64,000 nucleotides of DNA from Tubiluchus corallicola (GCA_030141605.1 JAQGDQ010000146.1:131933-195932); one strand, 5' to 3'. Shown: positions 25,770-38,754, counted from the stretch's first letter. The notes: generated by a model from the sequence alone, not told the origin. Numbers and translations are program-made.

Positions 25770-25907
25770 AGCAGCTCAGAACTGCCTAAAAACTGACAAA
25801 CCGTGGCAATTTTTTTCCACGCAATCGAAGAAAACAATGTTCTTGGCAACACTACATCAATTGAAGTAATGCCACCCGTAACCTGCAAGTATATCAGCAG
25901 GTATACA

Positions 25908-25915
25908 TGACGTCA
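25908..25915. promoter_or_regulatory. Full CRE palindrome TGACGTCA about 140 bp upstream of the CRH-BP start codon
   Basis: Exact consensus in non-repetitive proximal upstream sequence. Function is inferred only. Confidence 0.4.
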
Positions 25916-27671
25916 TCGTTTCCGATTTGGCTTCATTCAGTAAATAACAGAAGTTGGCGTAATTCTAGATAAACTAATTGAACGAAGTGGGGGAAAAACT
26001 GTAAGAGGAGATTTATGGCTCATAGCTAAAATGAGTATTGTAATACTGAAAGTGTAAAGTAAGACAATAATAATAAGTTTGTGTACGTCACTCATACTGG
26101 CTATTTTCTTCCATCAAATGAAGAAAACGTGAAATGTATCATGCGCTATTATTAAAACACTCGTGTTTCACTCCATCCGAATTCGTGGCTGCCATTTCGT
26201 ATGGTACTGATTGTAAGGTATGCATTGTCACTTGTAGATGGCAGCACTTGTAGCATTGTTGTACGATGGCGTTAGCTAATAATCAATATGGCGTGAGGAT
26301 TACACATGTACTAGTTAAATTGTGCGGTGTGAGTCGTCGTTGAAGGTTTACAAGCAAAGTTGGGGTCTGGCTAGTAATTTACGCAAAGAAACAATAGGGC
26401 ACACATAGCAAGCGTAGTTAATTTGCTGTCTACATTTTTGCGGAATTGCGGATACAGGGATATTCAAATTTCACTCAATCCGCGGATTTTGTGTGTGCGG
26501 ATATGTACAGTTGGAAAATATTGCGGTTGCGGTCAAACGGGAAAGTAACATCCGCCCATCTCCGGTACAATTATGCGTTTAATAAGTGACTATGACACCT
26601 GCCGGGGAATGTTGCAGGTGGATAATTGAAGTGATGAACTTTAAGTACTTGCCAACGCTAGAACGAGACCGCATGCGTATGTAAAATCCAGTTCTGACCG
26701 ATTCTTATAAATGTAATGTTTATGGCGTACGTGATTTTACTTTTGTAACCCTTATTTTAGGCGTATATGTATGTCAGCTGTCATATATTAGCCTGTTTCT
26801 CCTACTAAGTAATGCTTAGGATACAGCGTTATAAAGCACGGAGATTATCACCGTTAGAAACGGCGAATAACGTAGATTGCTGGCCTGTAGACGCTAACAT
26901 GATATGATATTATTATTTTCAGGTATTTTTACGATGCACTAATGTCAGTGTCACGAACTGTGACAAGCGTAAAACAGTCGTGATTTCAAACACTTGCTGA
27001 GACCGCATTCATAGGTAGTTTTGACCTTGCATACGTGATCTCAAACTTGTACAGAACGTATTTTTAGATATTATGAATATGGTATGTTATAAAAAGCTTT
27101 CTGCCAAATTAACTCAATGGTAATGTGTAGATACTGTGTCTTAGAGAACAAAGAACATTATCCCCGTTAGACGGTTTACTAATAGATTAGCTTTGAGCAA
27201 TGTTTATGCTCATGTTAATTAATATTGTCTGTTTGCTGCACTGTTATTAATAACGTTTGTGTTTGTAAATATCGTAAAATATATATGTTTGCATTTCAAT
27301 TAACTGTTTCTCCTTTTTTAGCAACTTAAAACAGAAGTAAGTACGGTATTCTGCATATAAACATGTTTCTCATTTTATTCAAGCTTTTTCGGATTTTGTT
27401 ATTAAAGAGAGGGTAATTTAAGAACCTCGAACCTTCAGCGTTTCTCTCCCATTAAAGTATCAAATTACCTTCAAATTCCGCCCTTATGAACGAACGGCAG
27501 TTCAATATGTAAACTGTATAAGTCTGCATTGCAAATAAGTATTGTTCTGGTTTTTTAAGCAGTTTAAAACACGAGTAATCATTATGCTTATAATTGTGTA
27601 CAAATATGGTGCTCATACCTTGGTGTACAAATGTTTACACAATATGGTTCCAGGTTATTTATCTAATCTTC

Positions 27672-28222
27672 TTAAATGAAAACTGGACGGTTGTTTAGAC
27701 TCAATCTCATTTTAATTTACTGTCCAAAATATACGTTTTCTTGACCGATAAAAGTTAGCAATTGTTTCTTATATTCGAATAATTAGCTTAGAAAGTTAAT
27801 TAACGGCAATCGAACACAGCTATTGCTTTGCATCACAAACTAACCACAATTTGTTTAATGGCAGGCATCTTCGCTTGTGCGTCAAGCACGTTTGCGTAAG
27901 TGTTACGGTTTAAACGCGTGATGTCACGAAAATGGGTTCTACGTCTTATGACGTCAGAAACTAACACTGCAGTCATGATCATGGTTATCACTGCATCACC
28001 TTCTATTTGTCGACTACGCGCACGTGAAAAAAGGCGCCGTTGCCAATCTTAGTAGATTCACTGAGCCCCGCGTAGCTTTGAAAGTTTAACAAAATTTTAG
28101 GATCCGAGGTAATTATTATTTAATCTAAACTCTGATTTAAAATAAGCTATTGTAGTTTTCAATATTTTAGAGAATTCTTTATTCTGAACTAATGTTTACA
28201 CACTCATCCAGTTTTCCTTTAA
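27672..28222. mobile_element. Kolobok/T2-like MITE family B, copy 2
   Basis: Reverse complement of 13707-14250, TTAA at both ends. Confidence 0.85.
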
Positions 28223-28654
28223 AGTAACAGCTTTCTCAGTTCGGCCACGTTCTAGTCAGAGTTCACACAATAGTATTACGTATATATAATAATCGCAACA
28301 TATAGCAATAGTATTGTTTAAACTGTGCTCCAGCGCTCAGGCTAAACAGGGTCTTTTTCAGTAGCTGACCCCATAGAATGAAACAAATTCCCATTCGATC
28401 TACGTTGTTGAATTAAATTTGACATGTTTAAGAAAAAGCTCAAGACTCGCTTGTTCATTTTACCCTTTTTTGAACTAAAAGTTTGTTAATTTCGCGTTGC
28501 GTACAGTGTTTGGTTTAAATTCAATGGATTTTATTGTGATTTGTTTAAATTTCAATTTGAATGCCGATGTTTTTATTTAATTGCTATTAGTCGCCATAGA
28601 ACACTAATTATAATTAACAGCGCGGTATGAATCTGAGTAATAATAATATGGGTA

Positions 28655-28747
<93 letters not shown>

Positions 28748-28750
28748 TAA
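28655..28750. repeat. (AAT)n microsatellite
   Basis: Directly visible. Confidence 0.97.
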
Positions 28751-30320
28751 CTTCCTCCTTTTTATTCACACTCTTAAGGCCTTACGTTAATAAAGAACAG
28801 AGATTTTAGTAACTTTGGATTATTCAGCACTCCTCCCTTTTTTTAATCTTCGGTCTTTTCTTTCCAACACCAAAAGTGACGTGAACAAGACTTAGCGTAA
28901 AATTAAATGTACATATCTGCATGTGTAGAATCAAACCTTATGATCATTATTTTTTTCTAAATTATTGATTTCTTTTTTTCAGCAAATGTGACCGCTTACT
29001 GTGCACAATAAAATCAAAGTATATTTATGTCCCCCCCCCCTCGTTATCAGTAACTTTTAAATATATTTTGTTTCGCATTTGAATTCTCGTCGTATAAACG
29101 GCAACTCACGATCTGCTCCAGGTCGATAAAACTTAGGTCAATCTTTGCTAGTTCTTTCCTATTATACATCCAGCTGCAGCAAGTACTTGTGGCGTGTTAC
29201 GAATAGCCAGGGGTGATTTCACAAAACCGTAAGACAAGGACGTTATTATTACATTCACTGGGCGTTTACAACTCCCCACCAATTTAAATACTCTAACACT
29301 ACCCTAACCCCAACCCTAATCCCATCCTAATCCGCTTCACGAACTAATCTGTTGTGAGCTGGGAATTGTAAACTTTAACCGACTCATTTACTATTAACGA
29401 TAACGACGTATTTAAAGTACATGTAATAGAGAACTCTTTACTTACGTTAAGTTTAAAAATTTGTCTCGAAAACTTATATCACCTACATACTGTCTTGTTG
29501 CGCAGCAGCAACACCGTATGAAACTTGTAAATTCAAACTCCCATTAGCCAGTTTAACGGTAAGTCATTTAAAACAAGTTTTAATAACATTGAGTATATTT
29601 AGAAAAAATAATCAAAGCATTCGTAGCACACACTTCGCTAACTATGCAAAAGTATATTACTGTATCTTGTCAATAAAGCTAAAAAGGTTAGTTTACTGAC
29701 AGAATAGCAATAAAAGAGTTTTTGTAAGGAATGTTCGTGAGCATGCGCGCCGGTGTTGCGCGCATTGTTTCTAGCTGACCAATCAACGAACGACATCCGT
29801 CATCTTGTCGAAAATCACCCATTTGCCTGCTGTCGCTGGACTTGAAAACCCACGCTCTTTCCACCCACTACTACAGTAGAAATGTAATTTTTGTGTGAAT
29901 TTTAGGTTTAGGTACTTTTAACATTGCAGAGTGGAATTTTTATATATAATGTATCACTGTATATTGTTGAAACTGCTTTACTAGGTGTTTGGTATAATTA
30001 TGTAATGTATTGTAGTAAACCATGCTTTATTATGTAATCCTAGACGCAAGCGATACTGTGATTAGTATAGTCACGTATTGGGTGGGGCGGTATTCAGGTG
30101 TGCCCCACCTTCCTGCCTTGCTATATTGAATGTATTTTCGTTTTAATAAATGACCTCATGTTATGAACTATTTTCACTCTTGATGCTTTTGCAAAGAACT
30201 ATCCAGGTTCAGCCATTTTACCTCTAGGTTTATGAACATTAGTTTACGAAAAATACGTTTTTCCGTGAACCAGTGGTGCACATTAGTCTTTCAAGCAGAT
30301 AAGTGTAATGCTAAGTAACG

Positions 30321-30860
30321 CTACAGTATAACATTGCATGGAACGTTCTACAGTATAACATTGCATGGAACGTTCTACAGTATAGCATTGCATGGAACGT
30401 TCTACAGTACAACATTGCATGGAACGTTCTGCTGTATAGCATTGCATGGAACGTTCTACAGTATAACATTGCATGGAACGTTCTACAGTATAACATTGCA
30501 TGGAACGTTCTACAGTACAACATTGCATGGAACGTTCTGATGTATAACATTGCATGGAACGTTCTACAGTATAATATTGCATGGAACGTTCTACAGTATA
30601 ACATTGCATGGAACGTTCTACAGTATAACATTGCATGGAACGTTCTACAGTATAATATTGCACGGAACGTTCTACAGTATAACATTGCATGGAACGTTCT
30701 ACAGTATAACATTGCATGGAACGTTCTACAGTATAACATTGCATGGAACGTTCTACAGTACAACATTGCATGGAACGTTCTACAGTATAACATTGCATGG
30801 AACGTTCTACAGTATAACATTGCATGGAACGTTCTACAGTATAACATTGCATGGAAAGTT
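30321..30860. repeat. Minisatellite, 27-bp unit CTACAGTATAACATTGCATGGAACGTT, about 20 copies
   Basis: Near-identical tandem units. They explain the 9-aa periodic ORFs on both strands. Confidence 0.96.
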
Positions 30861-31469
30861 CTTAACTTCTTCCTTCTTTCTTCTCCTTTAACTTTATTAC
30901 CGAGATTAGCTGGTGGATAATGTGGTTAGGTTTTTTCTCTAAACGTGTAATCAGTTTTGCCCTTACACCCTATAACACAACCCCCCCCCCCCCCCAAGAA
31001 TTGCTTGCTCAATGGAACAGAAATAGCCATCGCCACAATTAATGCAAATCAAAATGTCAAACATTTCTAGACCTAATGTGCTTTCGGTGCATTTCAGGAA
31101 TCATGCCTCCCAGCAGGTAAGTAACCATTCATGCCTATCACATCCGCATTATGCAGATCACAAGAGTGGCTGTGCGCGGGAGGAAGCCAATTATTTCGCT
31201 GAGCGAGACTTCCGGTGCAATGCTAGGGCGCGCCCGACACTTACAAATCACGGCAGGAGAATACTTATCTGTTAAGTAGCAATACGATATTTATTGCATT
31301 TGACATTTATGCTTTTCTTACCAGTCGACTGCATTATGCATAATCTATTCAAACCAAACAATTGGGTGAGCCATTGCAGGATTCAGTGTATGAATGAATC
31401 AGTAATTATTCTTGGCTGAAGTTTGCAATTCCCCACACACGTGAAGCGGATTAGGATTATGGTTAGGGT

Positions 31470-31968
31470 TAGTTTAAACATAATTTATTATAGGATTTGA
31501 TCAGACGGTTTGAGCAACATGATTTAGGATCCTCACCACAACAGACTTTATTCACTATTTACAAAAACATTTACAGTAAGAATAGACAATAACTACACAA
31601 GCTGACAAGTTTTACTACTGCTGCTCATACTGCTGCTGTTGTTGTTGCTGCTACTACTGCTGCTACTGCTGTTGATGCTACTGTCGCTCATACTAACGCT
31701 GTTGCTGCTGCTGATGCTACTGCCGCTCATACTAACGCTGTCGCTGTAGCTACTGCCGTTCGTACTGCTGTTGTTGTTATTGCTGCTACTGTTGCTGCTG
31801 CTGCTACTGCTATTGTTGCTGCTGATGCTACTGCCGCTCATACTAACGCTGTCGCTGTAGCTGCTGCTGCTGCTGCTGCTGCTGCTGATGCTACTGCCGT
31901 TCACACTGCTGCTGTTGTTGCTGCTACTACTGCCGCCGCCGCTGCTGCTGCTGCTGCTGCTGTTACTG
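31470..31968 (-). repeat. LINE 3'-tail fragment (31470-31615, same family as 62178-62330) adjoining a (CTG/CTA/TTG)n microsatellite
   Basis: TAGTTTAAACATAATTTATTATAGGATT...ACAAGTTTTACTAC is shared with the 62.2 kb copy. Confidence 0.75.
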
Positions 31969-32498
31969 TGATCGGGCACAATAATTGCCGCCGCTCTTAC
32001 AACACCAATGAAAATGCTTTGGAACCCATACCATACTCTGACAATTTTCATACTTATCGCAACCACACACATCAATAATTATAATAGAAAAGAATGTGTC
32101 TCCCGCTATCGCTTATCAATCTGACAACAGATAACAAATGGAAACTTTAGTAGAATGCATCACGTATTTTCGAGAAAACTGAACTCAACACCCAGCACCA
32201 ATCAGTATTCTGCGTGAAAATTATCACTCCATAAACATAACAGATACTGACGTAGCAATTGCTGTAAAAAGTGCTAAGCCGTATTATGACAAGTTTTTGG
32301 CAAGAAAGAACTGAAGTAATTTGATGTTCCCATATTATGGTCAGGCTAATACGCAGGTCAGATGCAAACTCATACTGGTAGATGTGTTTAGCACGTGTTT
32401 GAAGGGAGTTTCGTCTTCAAATGTTAATCTGTAGTTGTTACGTGGCAGCTTCTTTTGGTGTAATTAATTTTTTTGTTGAACTAAATAAATGAATTTTA

Positions 32499-34222
32499 AT
32501 GATTCGTTTTATAAAATGCGTAAGAAAATTCCGAACAGTTGGTGTGCCGTTTATCCTTGTTTTTGTGGTGACATTTTCGTACAGTTTTCTACCTGTCATA
32601 ATAACTGACTTATCCTACTACAATAATGCCGAAGTTGATCTGTATGATATATCAAAGCGAGCAGCAGGAAGTTTTTATTTGCGGCCGCACGATGTCACTG
32701 AAAGTATTAACTGCACGTGGCTTTTCGCGGGCAACAAAACTGAAGCAGAAAGAGCGAGAAAACACGTGAGACAGAAAATTAGAGGCTCATTAAGTGCAAA
32801 AACAATTTTGTCAAAAAGTTTTGACTGCAATACCTTTCGTAGTGAACGAGGATATCCGTCTCACCCATTATCTAATGAGGAGTTAGCATTTCCGCTTGCT
32901 TTTAGGTAAGTTAATAGAATTTGAATAAAACATCCGTGACGATGTTGATGATGATGTTGATGACGGTGCTGAATACTGACTGTAGTGATACCATAAGATC
33001 ATCATATGATGCTGACGCTAGGATTGATGATGATGGTGGCCCGTGATGATTATAATATTGCGATGACAACATCGATGATCATCTATTTTGCTAATAATGA
33101 TGAATTTGAAGAAAACATGGACATTCTGTCTTTTGCAAACCTTTTCAATCGTGTTAACAGCCTCATGGTTCTTGGTTTGTTATCACAATATTGACTTTTT
33201 TCAGTATCTTGATGAAAGATGATTTTCAAGAAGCAGAAAGATTGCTACGAGCTGTCTACATGCCTCAGAATGTCTACTGCCTCCATGCGGACAAAAAGTC
33301 TCCTAAAGAAATTCTGCTGGCCGTAGAGGCAATTGCCAGGTAGTTAAATGTGGCAACAAGTTTAATGGTCTTTTGTTCATCACACAAAACTCCCGAGATT
33401 GTAACGGGCATTCACTGTTTCTTGTACAATGTACATAATTATTTAGTTGACTTTGTAGAAACCAGTGTTATTTTTCACTGTATCCGTTTTCCAAAAAAAA
33501 ACAGATGCTTTTATCATTAAATCAAAACAACTTTTATCACAAACTTTAATTTACAACTGGTTAAAAACATATCCTAACGTTTCGACAGCAATCAGCTGTC
33601 ATCATCAGTGGTACACTATACAAAAAACAAGCAGCTATATTACAGTATAGAAAATGATACACTAATTATATATATTTACAAAGAAGCCAAATTAATGAAT
33701 AAACAGAACTGTAGAAATTGAATAGATACAGTAATAAATAGTTAAGTGTTTGAAAATAAAGTTAATAGAATTGAACCATTGCACATTAAGAGAAGCCTTA
33801 TTAGGGCACATAGATAAACTTCTTTTTATTCATAAGTCCCAGTTATTTGTAACTCTGGTCACAGTGCTGAAATTATTAAAATCAGCTTTGTGGCCAAAGG
33901 CACAAATATGGTCATTAATGCTGGATTGAGGAGAATTTTTAATTTCTTGCCAGTTCTAGACGAAATACCCAAATGTTCACAAATTCTTAGTTTAAAAATG
34001 TCTGAACGTTTTACCATGGTAAACAGCATCGTAGCTGCTGCACTGAAATCTATAAATAACACCAGACTGTAAGAATGCGGGCATTTGTCTTTAAATTGGG
34101 AAGAAAGAGCCAAAATTATTGCAAGATTTTAACACAATGCGTAGCTGAATATGGCGTACAGTTGCTTCACAATATGACAGATTTTGTTTTTCGTTTGCAA
34201 AGACTGAGACCCAATAAACTGT

Positions 34223-34263
<41 letters not shown>

Positions 34264-37200
34264 AAGTCTTTATTAGCCTCTTTTTGCAGGCAAAAATATC
34301 TGTACTAAGATTATACAATTTTACATAGACACTATACAGAGTGAATTCTACGATATTACATTTACGGATTCTGTAATTAGCTTTTCTAATTTGTGCGTAT
34401 AACATTTCTTACAGTGATATTAAACAAGAAGTATTGAAGTGCGTGCTAAAATCAAGGTTATTAATGCAGCAAGTTTCCTGTGAGGTAACATAAAAATGCA
34501 GATAAATTGATATACCAAATTATTAGATTCCAATTCAATGTTTAAATCCACATGAGTTACAATCAGTAATCTCAAGAACTACACAAATTTAATCCCTATT
34601 TTACTAGAAATTAACAGCAGGATCTTAAAGTAAAAGGGTCCTTTGCAAAGTAGATATTAAATTTTCATTTTTAGTCCAATACACAAGGTTTAAACTCTCA
34701 TTTCCCAGTTCGTTTAGTAGTACGTTTCGCCTATTTGCGTCGACTCGAGGACATCAGTATATCAAGTATTAGTAAATTGTATTAGAAAATACACTGTTAT
34801 TTGGAAACAGAATGTACGTTGAGTTTTTTTTCGAAAAATCCTTATCAAGATATTTTTGACGATTAAGTCAATTAAATGCTTTGAAGTGCCTGTATAAATT
34901 ACAGATGCTTTTCCAATGTATTTACACCCGCAAGACAAGTTGATGTTGTTTATGGGACAATATCTCTGGTCACTGCTGAGCTTTCCTGCATGAAAAAGCT
35001 ATTGGAAGCCAGTCAGAACTGGAACTACTATCTCAACCTGGCCAGTTCAGAGTTTCCTTTGAAAACCAATCGAGACCTAGTCAGAATATTGAAGGTTTAC
35101 AGTGGACAAAACGAAATCCAGCAGGTAATCAGAGCAACCGATTGTTTAAAGGGAAAGAAAAGGCAATTTTAAAGTGTCTACCAAAAAACATTCCATACGA
35201 AGTTATTTTACTTGGCATTAAAACTTACGTGACTCAGAAAAATTCTTAATGATTTAAAATATTCACGCCTACTGGTAAAACGTCACTGACACACCTTCCC
35301 AGTGTGCACCACTGATTCACGAAAAAACGTATTTTTGATTTTATTGACAAGATAGTTAATTTATACTATCGCACAGTCCATGAAGTGTATGCTGCGAAAG
35401 CATTGGTTACTTTTTCAAACCTAATGTAATGTTATCTAAATTTATATCAAAATGACTGCTCGTTAGCGTAGAAATATCACGATATTAGGTATCTATTTTT
35501 CTGCAAAAACTTATATTATCTGTGAGAAAAATTGACAGTGAGCTGCTGTGCTTCAGCCGATGAATGACGTCATTGGTGGAAGAATGGGCGCTCGAAATGG
35601 GACGCCTCAAATAGACAGTGCGTTGCTTTTCTTCTGTCGATGAATGATACCATCGGTGGAAGCGTGGGTGCTCAAAATGGGACGCCTGAAATAGACAGTG
35701 TGCTGCTGTTCTTCAGCTGATGAATGACGTCATTGGTGGAAGAATGGGCGCTCAAAATGGAAGCACCCAAGCGTGAAACGATCGCAATTTGAAGTGATTG
35801 TACTACTTACAGCAGGCTCTTGTCACACTAGTACATTTTCCTAACTCTTCAGAAAGCTTGACTTTTAGGTAAATAGAGGGCGCCTCTTATTTTCATTGTT
35901 CTTCAGGTAGATCATCAGCACATTGAGCTGCACACGAAATACAGCTATAAGCTAGTCAAGCGTTTTCATTCAGCAGACTCATTAAGCTTAGTTCGCACGG
36001 ATGCCCTAAAGATGGCGCCACCTCACAACCTGAAAGTTTACAAGGGAAGCCGCTACGGAGCATTCAGCAGAGCTTTCGTGAAATTTGTACTGGAGAGTCC
36101 GATTGCCAGAAATTATTACGACTGGCTGAGAGACGCAGCTATACCTGACGAATTGTTTTGGGGAACTCTGAACAGAAATCAGCACGTGGCGGCACCTGGA
36201 GGCTATGCAGGTAAACTGTCTGTACAATATATATGTATAAATATATACACTGCATATACTCTGTAGATTTTGAATGGTTTTACAACACAGTAGGCTTTCT
36301 ACTAATCACAGTATTTTCCCTACGTGTGGTGGGGAAAGATGTAGTACATTTTAAGGATAGATGTATACAAAAAATATATAGTTACACAAGTCGTTAAAGG
36401 AAAACCTGGCAATTGTTTAAACTCAATCTCATTTTAATTTACTGTCCAAAATGTACATTTTCTTGCCTATAAAAGCTAGCAATTGTTTCTTATATTTGAA
36501 TAATTAGCTTGGAAAGTTAATTAACGGCAACTGAACACAGCTATTGCTTACATCAGAAACTAACCATAGTTTGTACAATGGCAGGCATCGTCCCTTGTGT
36601 GGCAAGCACCTTTGCGTAAGTGTTACATTAAACGCGTGATGTCACGAAAATGGGCTCTACGTCATATGACGTCAGAAACTAACACTGCAGTTCATGACCA
36701 TGGTTATCACTGCACCGCCTTCTATTTGTCGACCAAGCGCACGTGACGTACAAAAAGGCGCCGTTGCTAATCTTAGTAGATTCACTGAGCCACGCGTAGC
36801 TTTGAAAGTTTAACAAAATTTGAGTGTCCGAGGTAATTATTATTTAATCTAAGCTTTGATTTAAAAAAAGCTGTTGCAGCTTTCAATATTTTAGAGCATT
36901 CTTTATTCTGAACTCATGTTTACACAATCATTCGGTCTTCCTTTAATTCAAGAATACGAGTAGTTCATTAGTTGAATGAATTGAAATATACAAAACCCGT
37001 AGCACCCAGATACGATAACAGAAACAATTATTCTCAATGTACGTCAGCCCATAATCCCGTGCAAAAGTGTAAGCTGTTCAGTAAATGCTGCTGAATGCAA
37101 ACAATTTAGGTAAAAAGCTAAATTACGTTTTCTTATTTGTGTATATGTGTTAATATGTGTTAACTACGGCCAAATCACGTTGAAAACACCGGTTCTAGTC

Positions 37201-38713
37201 TGATTACCGAAGTTAAGCAACGTACTTGAATGGGTGACCGCCTAGGAATACCAGGTGCTGTAGGCTTGCGGGAAGCCAACACTGTATCTTGACACTAGGC
37301 ATAGAGGAGCTGCACAAACAGCCAACGGCCATGTGTAGGAGGTCAGGTGAGCGGAGGAGGTCAAGGGACCTAACGGCCATGCAGAGGAGTAAACCTTCCA
37401 AATCAGGAGTGGAGCCCCGAAGACGGACCAGTGCAGCATGCTTGCTGACTCCGGCACCTCCTGGTGCCAAACGTATGACTCCGCTTTCCTTTGGACTACA
37501 ATAGGGAGGAAGAGAGGGGATTCCTGTTGTCTGGGCAACTCAGGATCTCCATACACCTTGCCCAGGCGTGCGCCCCAGAGAGGCCATTCCAGTATCACTG
37601 CTCCAGTGACAGAAACAACACGGGAGGCAGCAGTTACGGTTGTCTAATTGCCGTTGAAGAATCGGACTGTTCAGCCACAGTCGATGCTACAGCTCCATCA
37701 ATATGATCAATAACTGACTCAGCAGTGCTGAGAAGCTGAGCAGTGCGATCCTTGAACGTCTCCAGGGCGCACGCCTGGGCAAGGTGTATGGAGATCCTGA
37801 GTTGTCCAGACAACAGGAACCCCCTCTCTTCCTCCCTGGTGTAGTCTAAAGGAAAGCGGAACGATACGTTTGGTACCAAGTTGGCTGCAGGAGTCAGTGA
37901 GCATGCTGTACTGGTCCACCTTCGGGGCTCCACTCCTGATTTGGAAGGTTTACTCCTCTACACATGGCCGTTGGGTCACTTGACCTCCTCCGCCCTCTAG
38001 CCGTTGACTGCCTTGTGCAGCTCCTCCGCCTAGTGTCGAGATACTGTGTGGGCATCTCGCAAGCCTACAGGACCTGGTATTCCTAGGCGGTCACCCATCT
38101 AAGTACTAACCAGGCTCTACGTTGATTAACTTCGGTGATCAGATGAGAACCGGTGTTTTCAACGTGATTTGGCCGTAGTCTTCAAATTTTATACCACTTA
38201 TGTAACCAATTGTTGACGTGCGTGCTTAGTAGATGTTTAGGTAAGACACTTTAAATTTGAATTAATATTAAACATTTATCACTAGTGAGCACGTAATATA
38301 AGACAACTATTAAAAACTAGCTAATAGGCCTAACGAATCGTGTCCGTCACAAAATTACTAAGTAAACATAGCTGAAAATAAATATACACGTCACACTTTT
38401 CCTGTTTTCAGAAGAGCGTTACAACAATAATTCTCCAATACGCTACGTTATATGGCAGTTTGAACCGCAGAATATCTGGAATCAGAGACCTCGCAACATG
38501 ACATGCCATGGCAAATTTGTGCGTGAAGTGTGCATACTGGGAGTCGGAGACCTTCCAGGACTTCATGACACGCCCTTCTTTTTCGCTAACAAGTTTCATC
38601 CAGACTTTGAACCGCTGGCTGTGGATTGTCTTGAGAAACTGCACGTCAAGAGGACGCTTCAGCCTAGACATCTGGACCTGGTAGAATATAGAAGCCACGT
38701 TCCAGTAAAATAG
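32499..38713 (+). CDS. Core-2/I-branching beta-1,6-N-acetylglucosaminyltransferase (GT14, GCNT-like), 5 coding exons
   Basis: Exons 32499-32905 (type II TM anchor, ..EELAFPLAF), 33205-33339 (SIL..ERLLRAVYMPQNVYCLHADKKS), 34905-35124 (CFSNVF..WNYYLNLASSEFPLKTN), 35907-36210 (PPHNLKVYKGSRY..IPDELFWGTL), 38412-38713 (CHGKFVREVCILGVGDL..FANKF..CLE). All GT-AG with matching phases. Confidence 0.93.
33490..34225 (-). mobile_element. Penelope-like element 3' fragment (GIY-YIG endonuclease plus 3' UTR) in GCNT intron 2
   Basis: Minus strand reads FKDK..LQSGVIYRFQCSSYDAVYHGKTFRHF/KLRICEHLGISSRTGKK, with frameshifts. Confidence 0.8.
33570..33614 (-). ncRNA. Minimal hammerhead ribozyme motif (Penelope-type)
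   Basis: Minus strand CCA-CTGATGA-T-GACAGC-TGATT-GCTGTC-GAAA-CGTT-AGG: both core boxes, a perfect 6-bp stem II and a palindromic ACGT stem III. Stem I is weak. Confidence 0.65.
35146..35870. mobile_element. Kolobok/T2-like MITE family A (inverted copy) with an internal triplication of about 79 bp
   Basis: The TTAAAGGGAAAGAA start matches the right end of 11076-11644. GACAGTG..GATGAATGA..GGTGGAAG..AAATGG is repeated three times at about 35533-35760. Confidence 0.7.
36394..36946. mobile_element. Kolobok/T2-like MITE family B, copy 3
   Basis: TTAA-AGGAAAAC...TCTTCCT-TTAA, highly similar to 27672-28222. Confidence 0.85.
37162..37640 (+). mobile_element. 5S rRNA-headed retroelement (SINE3-like or LINE 5' end), left copy; 5S part 37162-37267 with a 14-nt deletion
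   Basis: ACTACGGCCAAATCACGTTGAAAACACCGGTTCT...GAAGTTAAGCAACGTA[del]CTTGAATGGGTGACCGCCTAGGAATACCAGGTGCTGTAGGCTT is metazoan 5S rRNA sequence. It has no T4 terminator and continues into a GC-rich body. Confidence 0.85.
37760..38180 (-). mobile_element. 5S rRNA-headed retroelement, right copy (inverted); full-length 5S-like sequence at 38180-38061
   Basis: Reverse complement GACTACGGCCAAATCACGTTGAAAACACCGGTTCTCATCTGATCACCGAAGTTAATCAACGTAGAGCCTGGTTAGTACTTAGATGGGTGACCGCCTAGGAATACCAGGTCCTGTAGGCTT, followed by the same body as the left copy. Confidence 0.88.
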
Positions 38714-38754
38714 ACGCTTGTGATGTAAATCAATACAATTTGATCGATAGGAGT

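Noticed and set aside
30283-30920. Periodic 9-aa repeat ORFs on both strands
   Set aside because: A consequence of the 27-bp minisatellite being open in several frames; no sign of a gene.
34715-34765. Second hammerhead-like motif (CTGATG...GGCGAAAC on the minus strand); similar at about 47305
   Set aside because: The CUGANGA box and stem II are not intact enough to support a call.
38061-38180. Bona fide 5S rRNA gene
   Set aside because: No oligo-T terminator, substitutions relative to typical 5S, and fusion to a body shared with the second copy. Better explained as a retroelement head.
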